A DNA stretch of 45,652 bases from IMG/VR virus record IMGVR_UViG_3300005325_000007, positions 1 through 45,652 of that record, one strand, 5' to 3'. The notes under the pieces were generated by a model. That model did no database searches. It was not told the origin of the DNA and was given only the letters and a program-made list of their open reading frames with translations. The position numbers and the translations under genes were made by a program. Of the stretch, positions 34,715-43,858 are shown piece by piece. Each line of letters opens with the position of its first letter. Position 1 is the first letter of the stretch. The stretch is from a virus. Its lineage: Duplodnaviria; Caudoviricetes.

Positions 34715-35029
34715 TTTTTTAAATCTGTTTTCAACATATTCCTGACCAGCCGTATCGACCATTTCCTGGAAATTTGAAAATCGTGTTTTATCTGAAACGA
34801 AAGCGTTTATTTCAGAATCATCGATTGATTCAAATTCTTCTTGAGTAGAAACGGAAAATCCACCAGCTTCTAAAAATTCACCGAGATCAGTATAAGGTGT
34901 GTTTTTAGAAATAAAAGAGGCTGTGAGTATGTCTTCCACGGGGACTTGATCTTGCTTTGAAAGATCGGTTACTTCTTTTTCTAGGGCTTTAGTAAAGTCT
35001 TTGAAATTTTTAAAATCTACATTGCTCAT
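34700..35029 (-). CDS. Acidic hypothetical protein, inverted within the early operon
   Basis: AGGAGG RBS; 109-aa ORF on the opposite strand. Confidence 0.75.
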   Translation of the reverse strand: MSNVDFKNFKDFTKALEKEVTDLSKQDQVPVEDILTASFISKNTPYTDLGEFLEAGGFSVSTQEEFESIDDSEINAFVSDKTRFSNFQEMVDTAGQEYVENRFKKLGFK

Positions 35030-35166
35030 GTTTATTTTCCTCCTTTCCTAAATTTCAGCGGTGCGACGCTGATAACTTAAGTATAGGAGTGTGAGCAAAA
35101 AGAAACCATAGTGATGTCATGAAAACAATAAACAATGTAATGAAAATTTAAAAAGGAGCCAATCTA

Positions 35167-35367
35167 ATGCAAAAAGAACTGTTATCTGTCAAGGAGGCCG
35201 CCAAGGTCCTTGGCGTTGGTATTAATTGTGTGTATGGCCTGATTCATAGTGACCCCACATTCCCTTATGTGGTGCTGGGGGATCGGAACATTAAAGTATT
35301 GCCGGAACGATTGCCGGAGTGGAAAAGGAAACTGTTTCAAAAACAATTGGAGGATCGAACACAATGA
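35167..35367 (+). CDS. Excisionase-like HTH_17 protein
   Basis: LLSVKEAAKVLGVG..VYGLI..FP.V.LG.R. Confidence 0.75.
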   Translation: MQKELLSVKEAAKVLGVGINCVYGLIHSDPTFPYVVLGDRNIKVLPERLPEWKRKLFQKQLEDRTQ

Positions 35368-35765
35368 AAAAATCTGAATTGAAAGATTACAACCGGCTAT
35401 TAAGAGCCGAAAACGAGGCACTGCGTGAGATTCTACAAATGGCTGCGGATAGCCTTAGCGATGGCTGCCGGTGTGGTGAGATCAAACTGCTGCAGGAAGA
35501 AAACACCGAACTGGTCAAGGACCTGAACGACTTACAGGCCGATTGGGCAGCGCATTATACCGAGTTGCTGAGTGAGATAAATAATCTAAACACTGAGATC
35601 AATTTCTCTGATATGACGCTGCAAGAGTTTGAAAATGAACTTGATGAAAAGGGCCGGACTATCCGTGATCTGGAAGAACAAATTTTAAATCTCAACGCTG
35701 CGGCCGCTCCTAAGGCATCAGCCCCGCCATATGCACCGGGCTACAAAAGAAAAGGAGGAAAATAA
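35364..35765 (+). CDS. Coiled-coil hypothetical protein
   Basis: GGAGG RBS; ATGA overlap. Confidence 0.7.
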   Translation: MKKSELKDYNRLLRAENEALREILQMAADSLSDGCRCGEIKLLQEENTELVKDLNDLQADWAAHYTELLSEINNLNTEINFSDMTLQEFENELDEKGRTIRDLEEQILNLNAAAAPKASAPPYAPGYKRKGGK

Positions 35766-35852
35766 ATGACATTAGTTTTAGGATTAATAATTGGGTTAAT
35801 GGTCGGAATCTTTGTCGGGCAGTTTGTTGATATAAGAAAGCGGGTGAAATAA
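35766..35852 (+). CDS. Small hydrophobic peptide (28 aa)
   Basis: AGGAGG RBS; single TM segment; read manually. Confidence 0.5.
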   Translation: MTLVLGLIIGLMVGIFVGQFVDIRKRVK

Positions 35853-36026
35853 ATGTCTAGATTAACACTCGATCAAGTGGACCAATTAAAAACCACCAGA
35901 GAAGTTGACCGGCAGATTTTCCGGGGCTACGACGTGAAGCTGGGTGATGCGGACAAGTTCAAAATGTTTGTGGCGCTGGACCAACAAGCCAGACAACGGC
36001 CGATTTATTGGGGTGGTGTGAAGTGA
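35853..36026 (+). CDS. Hypothetical protein (57 aa)
   Basis: Abuts both neighbours; read manually. Confidence 0.55.
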   Translation: MSRLTLDQVDQLKTTREVDRQIFRGYDVKLGDADKFKMFVALDQQARQRPIYWGGVK

Positions 36027-36205
36027 CAAAGCAAGAATACGACGACATTCAGTTGAGATTCGATAGAAAAATTGAGAACTCAAAACGTAATATCTATTTA
36101 ACTGGAAAACGTCAGGAGGGATTCGAAACCGGAGTTTTGGCATGTAAATCTATTTTATCAGAGATTTATAGAAGACAAACAGGGACTGAGAAATGGAGGA
36201 AATGA
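36023..36205 (+). CDS. Hypothetical protein
   Basis: GTGA overlap with upstream stop. Confidence 0.55.
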   Translation: MTKQEYDDIQLRFDRKIENSKRNIYLTGKRQEGFETGVLACKSILSEIYRRQTGTEKWRK

Positions 36206-36206
36206 A

Positions 36207-36371
36207 ATGACCAGAGAGCAATTAGAACACATTGCTGACGTTCCTTATGTGGCTGACAGCCCGTATATGATTGATAACCGTGAATTCCGAGTGAGATTAC
36301 AGGATCCGAATAATTGCAAAGCTCAGAAAACGCTGGAAAGATGTAAGGGGAAATATGGAAAGGAAGAATAA
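36207..36371 (+). CDS. Hypothetical protein (54 aa)
   Basis: GGAGG RBS; read manually. Confidence 0.55.
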   Translation: MTREQLEHIADVPYVADSPYMIDNREFRVRLQDPNNCKAQKTLERCKGKYGKEE

Positions 36372-36674
36372 ATGAACTATCAGGAATTTATCGAAAAGCA
36401 GTTGGAATCATACCAGAAAAAATATGATGACGCCGAAGAATGCCACGGCTCAACCGGTGAGAAGCGGTATTACACCGCTATGAAAAAGCATGAGATGTTT
36501 ATTCAAGTGTTCGAAACTGCACTAAACGAACAAACATCAAAAGACAGCGGTACTGCTGAATATCGGCGTAAATGTAAAAACTTATATCAGACGTGCAAGA
36601 ACATCGCCCAGCGTGACGAACCAACAAAAGCGGTGCAAATGATTTTAGGGATTTTATCCCAGGAGGCGGAATGA
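36372..36674 (+). CDS. Hypothetical protein
   Basis: AAGGA RBS; operon packing. Confidence 0.7.
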   Translation: MNYQEFIEKQLESYQKKYDDAEECHGSTGEKRYYTAMKKHEMFIQVFETALNEQTSKDSGTAEYRRKCKNLYQTCKNIAQRDEPTKAVQMILGILSQEAE

Positions 36675-36675
36675 A

Positions 36676-37029
36676 ATGAAGAATTATGAAAACAGAGACA
36701 ATTTCAGAAAAAGAGATCACACCGTTGAGGTAGCTCTGCAATCTGGGGAATTTAAAGGTTCTGTACTGTTACAAATTGGTGGTAATTGTCAAGGCGTTGA
36801 TATCATTGAGGCTGCGCTTGATCTAGTCTGCGACATTGACGATTCAAATTTTACGAAAAATGATATTGGTCTCAGTTATTCCGGAAATGATGATGAAGGG
36901 GATGAGTGGTTTCAATGCGTATTAACAAATGTATTTGGTGACGATTGCGAAATTGAGGATACGGTTAACGGCATCCGCCGGTTGGTTGTCTCGGCTGAAA
37001 TTATCGACTGTGAAATTATTAAAAATTAA
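36676..37029 (+). CDS. Acidic hypothetical protein
   Basis: AGGAGG RBS. Confidence 0.7.
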   Translation: MKNYENRDNFRKRDHTVEVALQSGEFKGSVLLQIGGNCQGVDIIEAALDLVCDIDDSNFTKNDIGLSYSGNDDEGDEWFQCVLTNVFGDDCEIEDTVNGIRRLVVSAEIIDCEIIKN

Positions 37030-37116
37030 AAAAATCCCCAAACAGCGGGAACTGTTATCAGGGGATCAAAGTAAACACTTACAAAAATTATACAACGAAA
37101 AAGGAGAAATTGCAAA

Positions 37117-37852
37117 TTGATAGCATATAAAGTTTTTAACAGTGATTGGACATGTCGAAGATTCCAGTATCAGGTTGGTGAAACCTATGAAGAAAAGGTT
37201 AACCCATCGGTGTGCGACCGGGGATTTCATTTCTGCAAGAAGTTAGCAGATTGCTTTAATTATTACAATTTCGACCCGAATAATAAGGTCGCCATGATCG
37301 AAGCGTTGGGCGATATTGCCGAGGGCGACGACAAGTGTTGTACGAATAAAATTAAGATTGCAAAAGAGCTGACCTGGCATGAAGTTTTAGAAATGGTAAA
37401 TATTGGTAAAGGCAATACCGGTTTGGGGAACACAGGCCACCAGAACACAGGCCACCAGAACACAGGCCACCGGAACACAGGCGACCGGAACACAGGCCAC
37501 CGGAACACAGGCGACCGGAACACAGGCCACCGGAACACAGGCGACCGGAACACAGGCCACCGAAATAACCTGGTATCAATGGCGAAATAGTCGGGCTTAT
37601 GATCTGCTATGGAATGTTGATAGTCGACCAACAGAATGGATTTACGCCGAAGATATGACCGATCAAGAAAAATCGGATTATCCGACCTATGAAACAACCG
37701 GCGGTTACTTAAAAGAACGTGACATCAGCAAGGCTTATCAGGAGTGGTGGGGCCAGTTAAGTGATGATCAAAAGCAGTGCATTAAGGAGATTCCTAATTT
37801 CGACGCTAAGAAGTTTCAGCAAATCACTGGGATTAATGTGGAGGTAGCTTAA
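37117..37852 (+). pseudogene. NTGxR pentapeptide-repeat protein, frameshifted at ~37562
   Basis: N-terminal YKVF..WTCR.FQY.VG..GFHFC plus repeats in one frame (stop at 37590); family-type C-terminus WIYAEDMTDQEK..YETTGGYLK..IPNFD..F..ITGI in another frame. Confidence 0.7.
37429..37563 (+). repeat. 9 x 15-bp coding tandem repeat (AACACAGGCSACCRG)
   Basis: Counted directly; encodes NTG(H/D)(Q/R). Confidence 0.95.
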
Positions 37853-38085
37853 TGGAAATCTGTGCAGATCAAGCGGTTGATTATACCTTATCAACCGAAC
37901 GGATCAAAGAGATCCTGGAAGCGAACGGCTACAATGGTAAGCTTGATAAAGGTCTTGTCTATTCGAGACCAGGCTGTCACGACGTAAAAATTGTTGAGGG
38001 CTTTGCCGGTGGGCATCTGTTCCGGGTTAATGGTTGGATGCTGACGAAACTGGACAAGGCGCTGGAAAGATCGGGGGCGAAATGA
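37852..38085 (+). CDS. Hypothetical protein
   Basis: GGAGGT RBS; TAATG coupling. Confidence 0.65.
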   Translation: MEICADQAVDYTLSTERIKEILEANGYNGKLDKGLVYSRPGCHDVKIVEGFAGGHLFRVNGWMLTKLDKALERSGAK

Positions 38086-38375
38086 CAACTATCGAAGAAG
38101 CGGAACGTCTTAGAGATAACTATCATTTTGGAGAACCGCAGGGATCGGGTTCTTTATACCTGAAATTAATGCCGGTGGTAACTGCAACCGGCGAAATAGC
38201 GATGATTGCTGAACAGCCTTACGTGAAATTTATGAAAAATAAAAAGATTGATGTTCTGGGGTTTGAGCCCACGCCAAATGGTGTGATTATAAAGTACAAA
38301 AGTAAAAACTCTCCTGTTGTCGGTATTGTTGAGTTCAAAGATGTTTCAAACAGATTAAAAAAGAAGGAGGTTTAA
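38082..38375 (+). CDS. Hypothetical protein
   Basis: ATGA overlap; GGGGG RBS-like sequence. Confidence 0.65.
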   Translation: MTTIEEAERLRDNYHFGEPQGSGSLYLKLMPVVTATGEIAMIAEQPYVKFMKNKKIDVLGFEPTPNGVIIKYKSKNSPVVGIVEFKDVSNRLKKKEV

Positions 38376-38600
38376 ATGGCTGATCAATTAATATTTGTCA
38401 GACAGAAAAAGACACCATCGACCAAGAGTGAAGTGATCCGGGTGGATGGTGATTCCTACAATGAGATTGTCAGAGTGGCACACGAGGCCGGGATTTCGGT
38501 TCAAAAGGCCGCTTCAAATATGATTAAATTCGCAATCGAACGTGTTTCGTTTGTAGATGAAGAAGATTCTGAATTAAGAGAAGGAGAAGAACAATGTTAG
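38376..38600 (+). CDS. Small putative DNA-binding (RHH-like) protein
   Basis: AGGAGG RBS; VIRVDGDSYNEI..AHEAGISV..ASNMIKFAI. Confidence 0.6.
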   Translation: MADQLIFVRQKKTPSTKSEVIRVDGDSYNEIVRVAHEAGISVQKAASNMIKFAIERVSFVDEEDSELREGEEQC

Positions 38601-39058
38601 AAATTACAGTAAATGTTACAGGATTAGAAGGTTTGGTGGAAGCTTTGAAGGGGTTGGCAGTCAGACAAGGCACGGCAGTTATGGATGTCCAAGCGCCGCA
38701 AATTCAACAGCCAATGACACCGGCGCAAGCAGCAATGCAAAACTTGACACAACCGCAGCCAATTCAAGCACCGGCCCCACAACAGACAGCTCCACCGATA
38801 ACAGTTCCTGTGGATCAGCCCGTACAGCAACCAATGCAGCAACCAGTTCAAGCACCCCCCGTTGGGATTCCAACGACTGCGGTGAATTACACCCTTGATC
38901 AGTTGGCGGTAGCCGCAACACAGTTAAATGATATGGGAAAAAGAGACGCTTTAGTGGCGATGCTCAACCGTTTCGGGATCCCTAACATGACGCAGTTACC
39001 AAAAGAAATGTATGGGGCTTTCGCCAACGAGTTAAGAGTTTTAGGGGCGAAACTATGA
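38594..39058 (+). CDS. Gln/Pro-linker protein preceding the DUF2800 nuclease
   Basis: Q/P-rich linker; YTLDQLAVAA..L..FG..TQLPKE.YGAFA.ELR.LGAKL C-terminus. Confidence 0.8.
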   Translation: MLEITVNVTGLEGLVEALKGLAVRQGTAVMDVQAPQIQQPMTPAQAAMQNLTQPQPIQAPAPQQTAPPITVPVDQPVQQPMQQPVQAPPVGIPTTAVNYTLDQLAVAATQLNDMGKRDALVAMLNRFGIPNMTQLPKEMYGAFANELRVLGAKL

Positions 39059-40212
39059 GTCATGCCCTACTCAATGCAAGCGGAGCGTCGCGGTGGCTTA
39101 ATTGTCCACCGAGCGCCCGCTTAGAACAGGATTTCCCGGACTCAACCAGTGAGGCCGCTGCTGAGGGCACACTGGCCCACGCTCTAGGTGAGCTGAAACT
39201 GCAAAAGTATTTTACCCCGATGTCAAAAGCGACTTTCACGAAGCGCCATAACAAGATTAAGGCAGATCCGCTCTACACCAAAGAAATGGAGGATTATACA
39301 GACGAATACCTGGACTACATTAAAGACACCGCTTTGAAGTACCCATCTCAACCGACCGTAACAATAGAAAAAAAGGTCGACTTTTCATCATATGCCCCTG
39401 AGGGGTTCGGAACGGCCGACTGTATTTTAATCAGCGGGGACACGCTTCACATTATCGATCTTAAGTATGGTAAAGGGGTACCGGTATCGGCTGAGAAAAA
39501 CCCTCAGATGCGCTTATATGCGCTGGGGGCCTTAAAGGAATATGACTTCATTTATGCGATCAATAAGGTCGAAATGGTGATTTTTCAACCGAGACTGGAC
39601 AATATTTCCGTGGATGCAATGGAAGCTGAAACTTTATTAAACTGGGGAAATGCCTTTGTAAAACCTTTAGCGCAGCAAGCATTCAAGGGTGAGGGTGAGT
39701 TTACCCCAGGCGATCATTGCCGATTCTGTCGGGCAAAAGCAGTGTGCAGGGCCCGAAGTGTAACCAACACGGCATTGGAAGATTTCAAAGGCAAATTACC
39801 CCCGGTGCTGAGTAATGAAGAAGTTGGAGACCTGTTATTAAAAGCCCAGGATCTGGCAAAGTGGGCGGAGGATCTGAAGGAACACGCTTTAAAAATGTGT
39901 TTAGCTGGCGAGACTGTCCCCGGATGGAAAGCCGTGGAAGGTCGGTCAAATCGATGTTTTACGGATACCGATGCCGCCTTTAAAGAGTTGACAACAAAAG
40001 GACTGGCTAAAGAAGAAGTCCTCTATATCAGAAAGCCGATCACCCTGACAGAGACAGAGACACTTTTAGGCAAGAAAGAATTCAGCACCGCTTTATCCGA
40101 TTTTGTAATCAAACCACCCGGAAAGCCGGCACTGGCTAAAGAAACAGATAAGCGAGAACCATTAACCCTGAAAACTGATGCAAACACAGACTTTGCAAAC
40201 ATTCAAATCTAA
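39055..40212 (+). CDS. DUF2800 Cas4-like PD-(D/E)XK nuclease
   Basis: HALL.ASGASRWLNCPPS, EGTLAH, FGTADC, IIDLKYGKG, QMRLYALG and CRFCRAKAVC motifs. Confidence 0.9.
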   Translation: MSHALLNASGASRWLNCPPSARLEQDFPDSTSEAAAEGTLAHALGELKLQKYFTPMSKATFTKRHNKIKADPLYTKEMEDYTDEYLDYIKDTALKYPSQPTVTIEKKVDFSSYAPEGFGTADCILISGDTLHIIDLKYGKGVPVSAEKNPQMRLYALGALKEYDFIYAINKVEMVIFQPRLDNISVDAMEAETLLNWGNAFVKPLAQQAFKGEGEFTPGDHCRFCRAKAVCRARSVTNTALEDFKGKLPPVLSNEEVGDLLLKAQDLAKWAEDLKEHALKMCLAGETVPGWKAVEGRSNRCFTDTDAAFKELTTKGLAKEEVLYIRKPITLTETETLLGKKEFSTALSDFVIKPPGKPALAKETDKREPLTLKTDANTDFANIQI

Positions 40213-40236
40213 AAAATCTTAAGGAGATATAACATT

Positions 40237-41064
40237 ATGAAACAACCAACACAAGTAGTAACCGGACAGGTAAGACTGACATTCCCTCATTTATTCCAAC
40301 CATATTCAAACCAACCTGGTCAGGAACCAAAATATTCAACCACCATGCTTTTACCCAAATCAGATATAGCCACAAAAGCAAACATTGACGCTGCTATAAA
40401 TGCCGCTGTTGAACTGGGAATTTCCAAAAGCTGGAATGGTGTTCGACCACCTAAAATTAATTTATCGATCCATGACGGTGACGGGGTACGACCCAACGGT
40501 GAACAATTTGGCCCAGAGTGTAAAGGGCATTGGGTCTTTACGGCATCCAGCAAGAACGCTCCTGAAGTGGTTACATATCCCGGTCTTGAAAGAATCTTGA
40601 ATGAATCGCAGGTTTACTCTGGTATTTATGCCCTGGTATCACTTAACTTTTTCCCTTACGCGGCCAGTGGGAATAAAGGCATTGGAATTGGACTTAATAA
40701 CGTCGCCAAGGTTGCGGACGGGGAGCCATTAGGAGGGCGGACAACCGCTGCCAATGATTTTGCCGGGGCAACACAACCTCAACAAGATAGCCAATGGCCT
40801 AATCAATTAGGTGGACAACAGCAACAAGGCTATCAAGCGCCACCTCAAACATACCAGGCACCGCCAGCGCAGCAGGCTTACCAACAAGCACCGCAGACCT
40901 ATCGACAGCAACCGGCAGCACAACCGCAGAATTATCAGACACCGGTACAACAAGGATACCAGGCGCCACCTCAGCAAGGTTATCAACAAGCACCGCCTCA
41001 ATCGGCTCCGCAGCAAATTGATCCGATCACCGGGCTTCCTATCGGGGGCGTGTATGGGATATGA
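40237..41064 (+). CDS. DUF2815 ssDNA-binding protein with a Gln-rich tail
   Basis: PKYS..LLPKSD; DGDG; VYSG.Y; GNKGIGIGLNNV.K..DGEPLGG. Confidence 0.88.
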   Translation: MKQPTQVVTGQVRLTFPHLFQPYSNQPGQEPKYSTTMLLPKSDIATKANIDAAINAAVELGISKSWNGVRPPKINLSIHDGDGVRPNGEQFGPECKGHWVFTASSKNAPEVVTYPGLERILNESQVYSGIYALVSLNFFPYAASGNKGIGIGLNNVAKVADGEPLGGRTTAANDFAGATQPQQDSQWPNQLGGQQQQGYQAPPQTYQAPPAQQAYQQAPQTYRQQPAAQPQNYQTPVQQGYQAPPQQGYQQAPPQSAPQQIDPITGLPIGGVYGI

Positions 41065-43049
41065 GGCATCATTTAAATATTGATATTGAAACCTACAGCG
41101 ATGTAGATATTACCAAGTCGGGACTGTACAAATATGTACAGTCCCCTAATTTTCAAGTTTTACTGTTTGCTTACTCCTTTGACGGCGCTCCGGTTGAGAT
41201 CGTTGATCTGGCGCAGGGGGAAGAATTAAACTTGGCGCTCATTGAGGCCTTGTTTAACCCTGCTGTAACGAAACATGCTTATAATGCCGCTTTTGAGTGG
41301 TATTGCCTGTCTAAGTATCTCAATATTTTAGATGATCCTATCAGCTGGCTACAACAGTGGGAATGTACCATGTTCCACGGCCTGTATTGTGGCTACCCTG
41401 CGGGACTGGGAGCCTCAGCGAAAGCTTTAGGGCTACCCCAGGACAAACAGAAGGACACCGCCGGAAAAGCACTGATTAAATATTTCTGTGTGCCTTGTAA
41501 ACCATCTCGAACCAATGGAAATAGAACCCGAAACCTCCCTCACCATGACCCGGATCGATGGTCTCTTTTTAGTGATTATTGTAAACAGGATGTTGTCGTG
41601 GAGATGGAACTTGAAAAGCGATTATCCAGCTTCCCTGTACCAGACTTAGAACAATACTATTGGCGGCTGGATCAGCAAATGAACGCCCGGGGTATCCGGG
41701 TTAACACCGATCTGATTGATAGTGCTATCTATTGCAATGACGTGGTTATGGACGAATTAAAAAATGAAGCGGTTAAAATAACCGGACTTGCAAACCCTAA
41801 CAGCGCCGCCCAGTTAGGTGATTGGTTAAATGCCCAAGGTGTAACCGTGGATAACCTCCAAAAAGCAACTGTGGCTGAGCTCCTTTTCACAACAACGGGA
41901 GACCCTAAACGAGTATTAGAAATCAGGCAGGAAAGTGCAAAAACCAGTGTCAAGAAATATCAGGCCATGGTGAATACTGTCGGTCATGATGGTCGGATTC
42001 GAGGACTTTTACAGTTCTATGGAGCGAACCGGACCGGGCGATGGGCGGGGCGCTTTGTGCAAATGCAGAACCTTCCCCGTAACTATCTTGATACCTTGGA
42101 TCATGCCAGGGATTGCGTCATCAACAAAAACATTGATGCTCTAAAAATTGTTTATGGAAATATACCGGACACGTTGTCGCAGCTGATCCGGACGGCTTTT
42201 ATTCCAACTGAAGGACGAACGTTTGTTGTTTCGGATTTCAGCGCCATTGAAGCCCGGGTCATTGCCTGGTTAGCCGGTGAACAATGGCGTCAGGAAGTAT
42301 TTGCCACTCATGGCAAGATCTATGAAGCTTCGGCGAGTGCTATGTTTGGTGTTCCGCTTGAAAAGATTAAAAAAGGTAACCCTGAATATGCACTCAGGCA
42401 AAAAGGCAAGATCGCAGAATTGGCTTTAGGTTACCAGGGATCAACAGGGGCACTGATCACCATGGGCGCCCTCAACATGGGATTAACCGAGGATGAATTA
42501 CCAGATATCGTTACCCGTTGGCGACAATCTAATAAACGAATTGTTGACCTCTGGTACAAGATCGGCGGTGCTGCCATTGATACGATGCAAACAGGACAGG
42601 CAACCGGGGTAAATGGTGTTATTTTTGCCCGGGAAGGTGACTTTGAAAACGGTCAGGATTTTTTAACAATCCGATTACCCAGCGGGCGAAAGCTGTTTTA
42701 TGTTAAGCCGTTTCTTGCTCCTAACCAATGGGATCGGGATGCCTTGTTTTATCAGGGCATGGATCAGACAACAAAGAAGTGGGTTAACCTCCAAACATAC
42801 GGCGGTAAGCTGGTGGAAAACATTGTCCAGGCGATTGCCCGGGACTGTTTGGCTGTGGCCATCGATCGATTAGCCCAGGAGAGTTATGAGGTGGTGATGA
42901 GCATCCATGATGAGGTTATTATCGATTGCCCGGTTGAACGGGCGGATCTGGAACGGATCAACGCGATCATGGGCGCACCCATCGAATGGGCACCGGGGCT
43001 TTTGCTCAACGCCGAAGGTTATATTACCAACTACTATAAAAAAGACTAG
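41061..43049 (+). CDS. Phage family A DNA polymerase
   Basis: DIETYS exonuclease motif; RTGRWAGR..QMQNLP; DFSAIEARV; RQKGKIAELALGY; HDEV. Confidence 0.95.
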   Translation: MRHHLNIDIETYSDVDITKSGLYKYVQSPNFQVLLFAYSFDGAPVEIVDLAQGEELNLALIEALFNPAVTKHAYNAAFEWYCLSKYLNILDDPISWLQQWECTMFHGLYCGYPAGLGASAKALGLPQDKQKDTAGKALIKYFCVPCKPSRTNGNRTRNLPHHDPDRWSLFSDYCKQDVVVEMELEKRLSSFPVPDLEQYYWRLDQQMNARGIRVNTDLIDSAIYCNDVVMDELKNEAVKITGLANPNSAAQLGDWLNAQGVTVDNLQKATVAELLFTTTGDPKRVLEIRQESAKTSVKKYQAMVNTVGHDGRIRGLLQFYGANRTGRWAGRFVQMQNLPRNYLDTLDHARDCVINKNIDALKIVYGNIPDTLSQLIRTAFIPTEGRTFVVSDFSAIEARVIAWLAGEQWRQEVFATHGKIYEASASAMFGVPLEKIKKGNPEYALRQKGKIAELALGYQGSTGALITMGALNMGLTEDELPDIVTRWRQSNKRIVDLWYKIGGAAIDTMQTGQATGVNGVIFAREGDFENGQDFLTIRLPSGRKLFYVKPFLAPNQWDRDALFYQGMDQTTKKWVNLQTYGGKLVENIVQAIARDCLAVAIDRLAQESYEVVMSIHDEVIIDCPVERADLERINAIMGAPIEWAPGLLLNAEGYITNYYKKD

Positions 43050-43060
43050 GAGGAACGCAA

Positions 43061-43846
43061 ATGAGACCTGTATTAAAATACCCCGGAGCGAAATGGCGGC
43101 TTTCTCCATGGATCATCGAAAACATGCCGAATCATGAAAGTTATTTAGAACCTTATTTCGGGAGCGGTGGAGTTTTCTTCAATAAACCAAAATCAAGGCT
43201 GGAAACAATCAATGATATAAATGGTGAGATTATTAATTTTTTCAGAATCTGCAGGGATCGACCTGAAGAATTAGGCCGGTCAATTAGCCTAACGCCATGG
43301 GCAAGGGATGAACTTAAATCCTGTAAAAATACTGAAACAGATGATGAAGTTGAAAGAGCCAGAATTACAGCGGTAACCTGTTTTATGACATTTGGGTCAA
43401 GACAAGTTTCCAATACCTGGCGGTACTCAAGCGGTGCAAAGAAAAATGGCGGCCCTGACAATGCAAAGCTGTGGAATAATCTTCCATTCATTGTCTGTGA
43501 AGTCGCTGAAAGATTGAAGGATGCTCAAATTGAAAATAAATCAGCAATCGAGTTAATCCTAAAATTCAATGGCCCAAACGTTGTGATTTATTTAGATCCA
43601 CCATATGTAAAAAGTACCCGGACGTTGAATGGAGATCAATATACCCACGAAATGACGAATTCTGACCATGAAGAATTACTGTATACTGTTTCAGGTCATG
43701 AAGCAAAAATTATTCTGAGCGGTTATGATAATGAACTCTACAACGATTATCTAAAAGATTGGCGAAAGATTCAAAAGCCGACTCGAATTGAGCGCGGACG
43801 TATTAAGACCGAAACACTTTGGTTGAATTTTGGTGAAAAAGACTAG
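43061..43846 (+). CDS. DNA adenine methyltransferase (Dam/D12-like)
   Basis: LKYPGAKW, EPYFGSG, ETINDING and YLDPPY motifs. Confidence 0.92.
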   Translation: MRPVLKYPGAKWRLSPWIIENMPNHESYLEPYFGSGGVFFNKPKSRLETINDINGEIINFFRICRDRPEELGRSISLTPWARDELKSCKNTETDDEVERARITAVTCFMTFGSRQVSNTWRYSSGAKKNGGPDNAKLWNNLPFIVCEVAERLKDAQIENKSAIELILKFNGPNVVIYLDPPYVKSTRTLNGDQYTHEMTNSDHEELLYTVSGHEAKIILSGYDNELYNDYLKDWRKIQKPTRIERGRIKTETLWLNFGEKD

Positions 43847-43858
43847 GAGGGCTATCTA

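Noticed and set aside
37429-37563. Tandem repeat as a CRISPR array or DGR element
   Set aside because: Units are contiguous with no spacers and are in-frame coding; no reverse transcriptase or template/variable repeat pair was seen.
39055-40212. Cas4-like nuclease as an adaptation gene for the mini-array
   Set aside because: It sits in the standard DUF2800-DUF2815-PolA replication module, 9 kb from the array, and no cas1 or cas2 is present.
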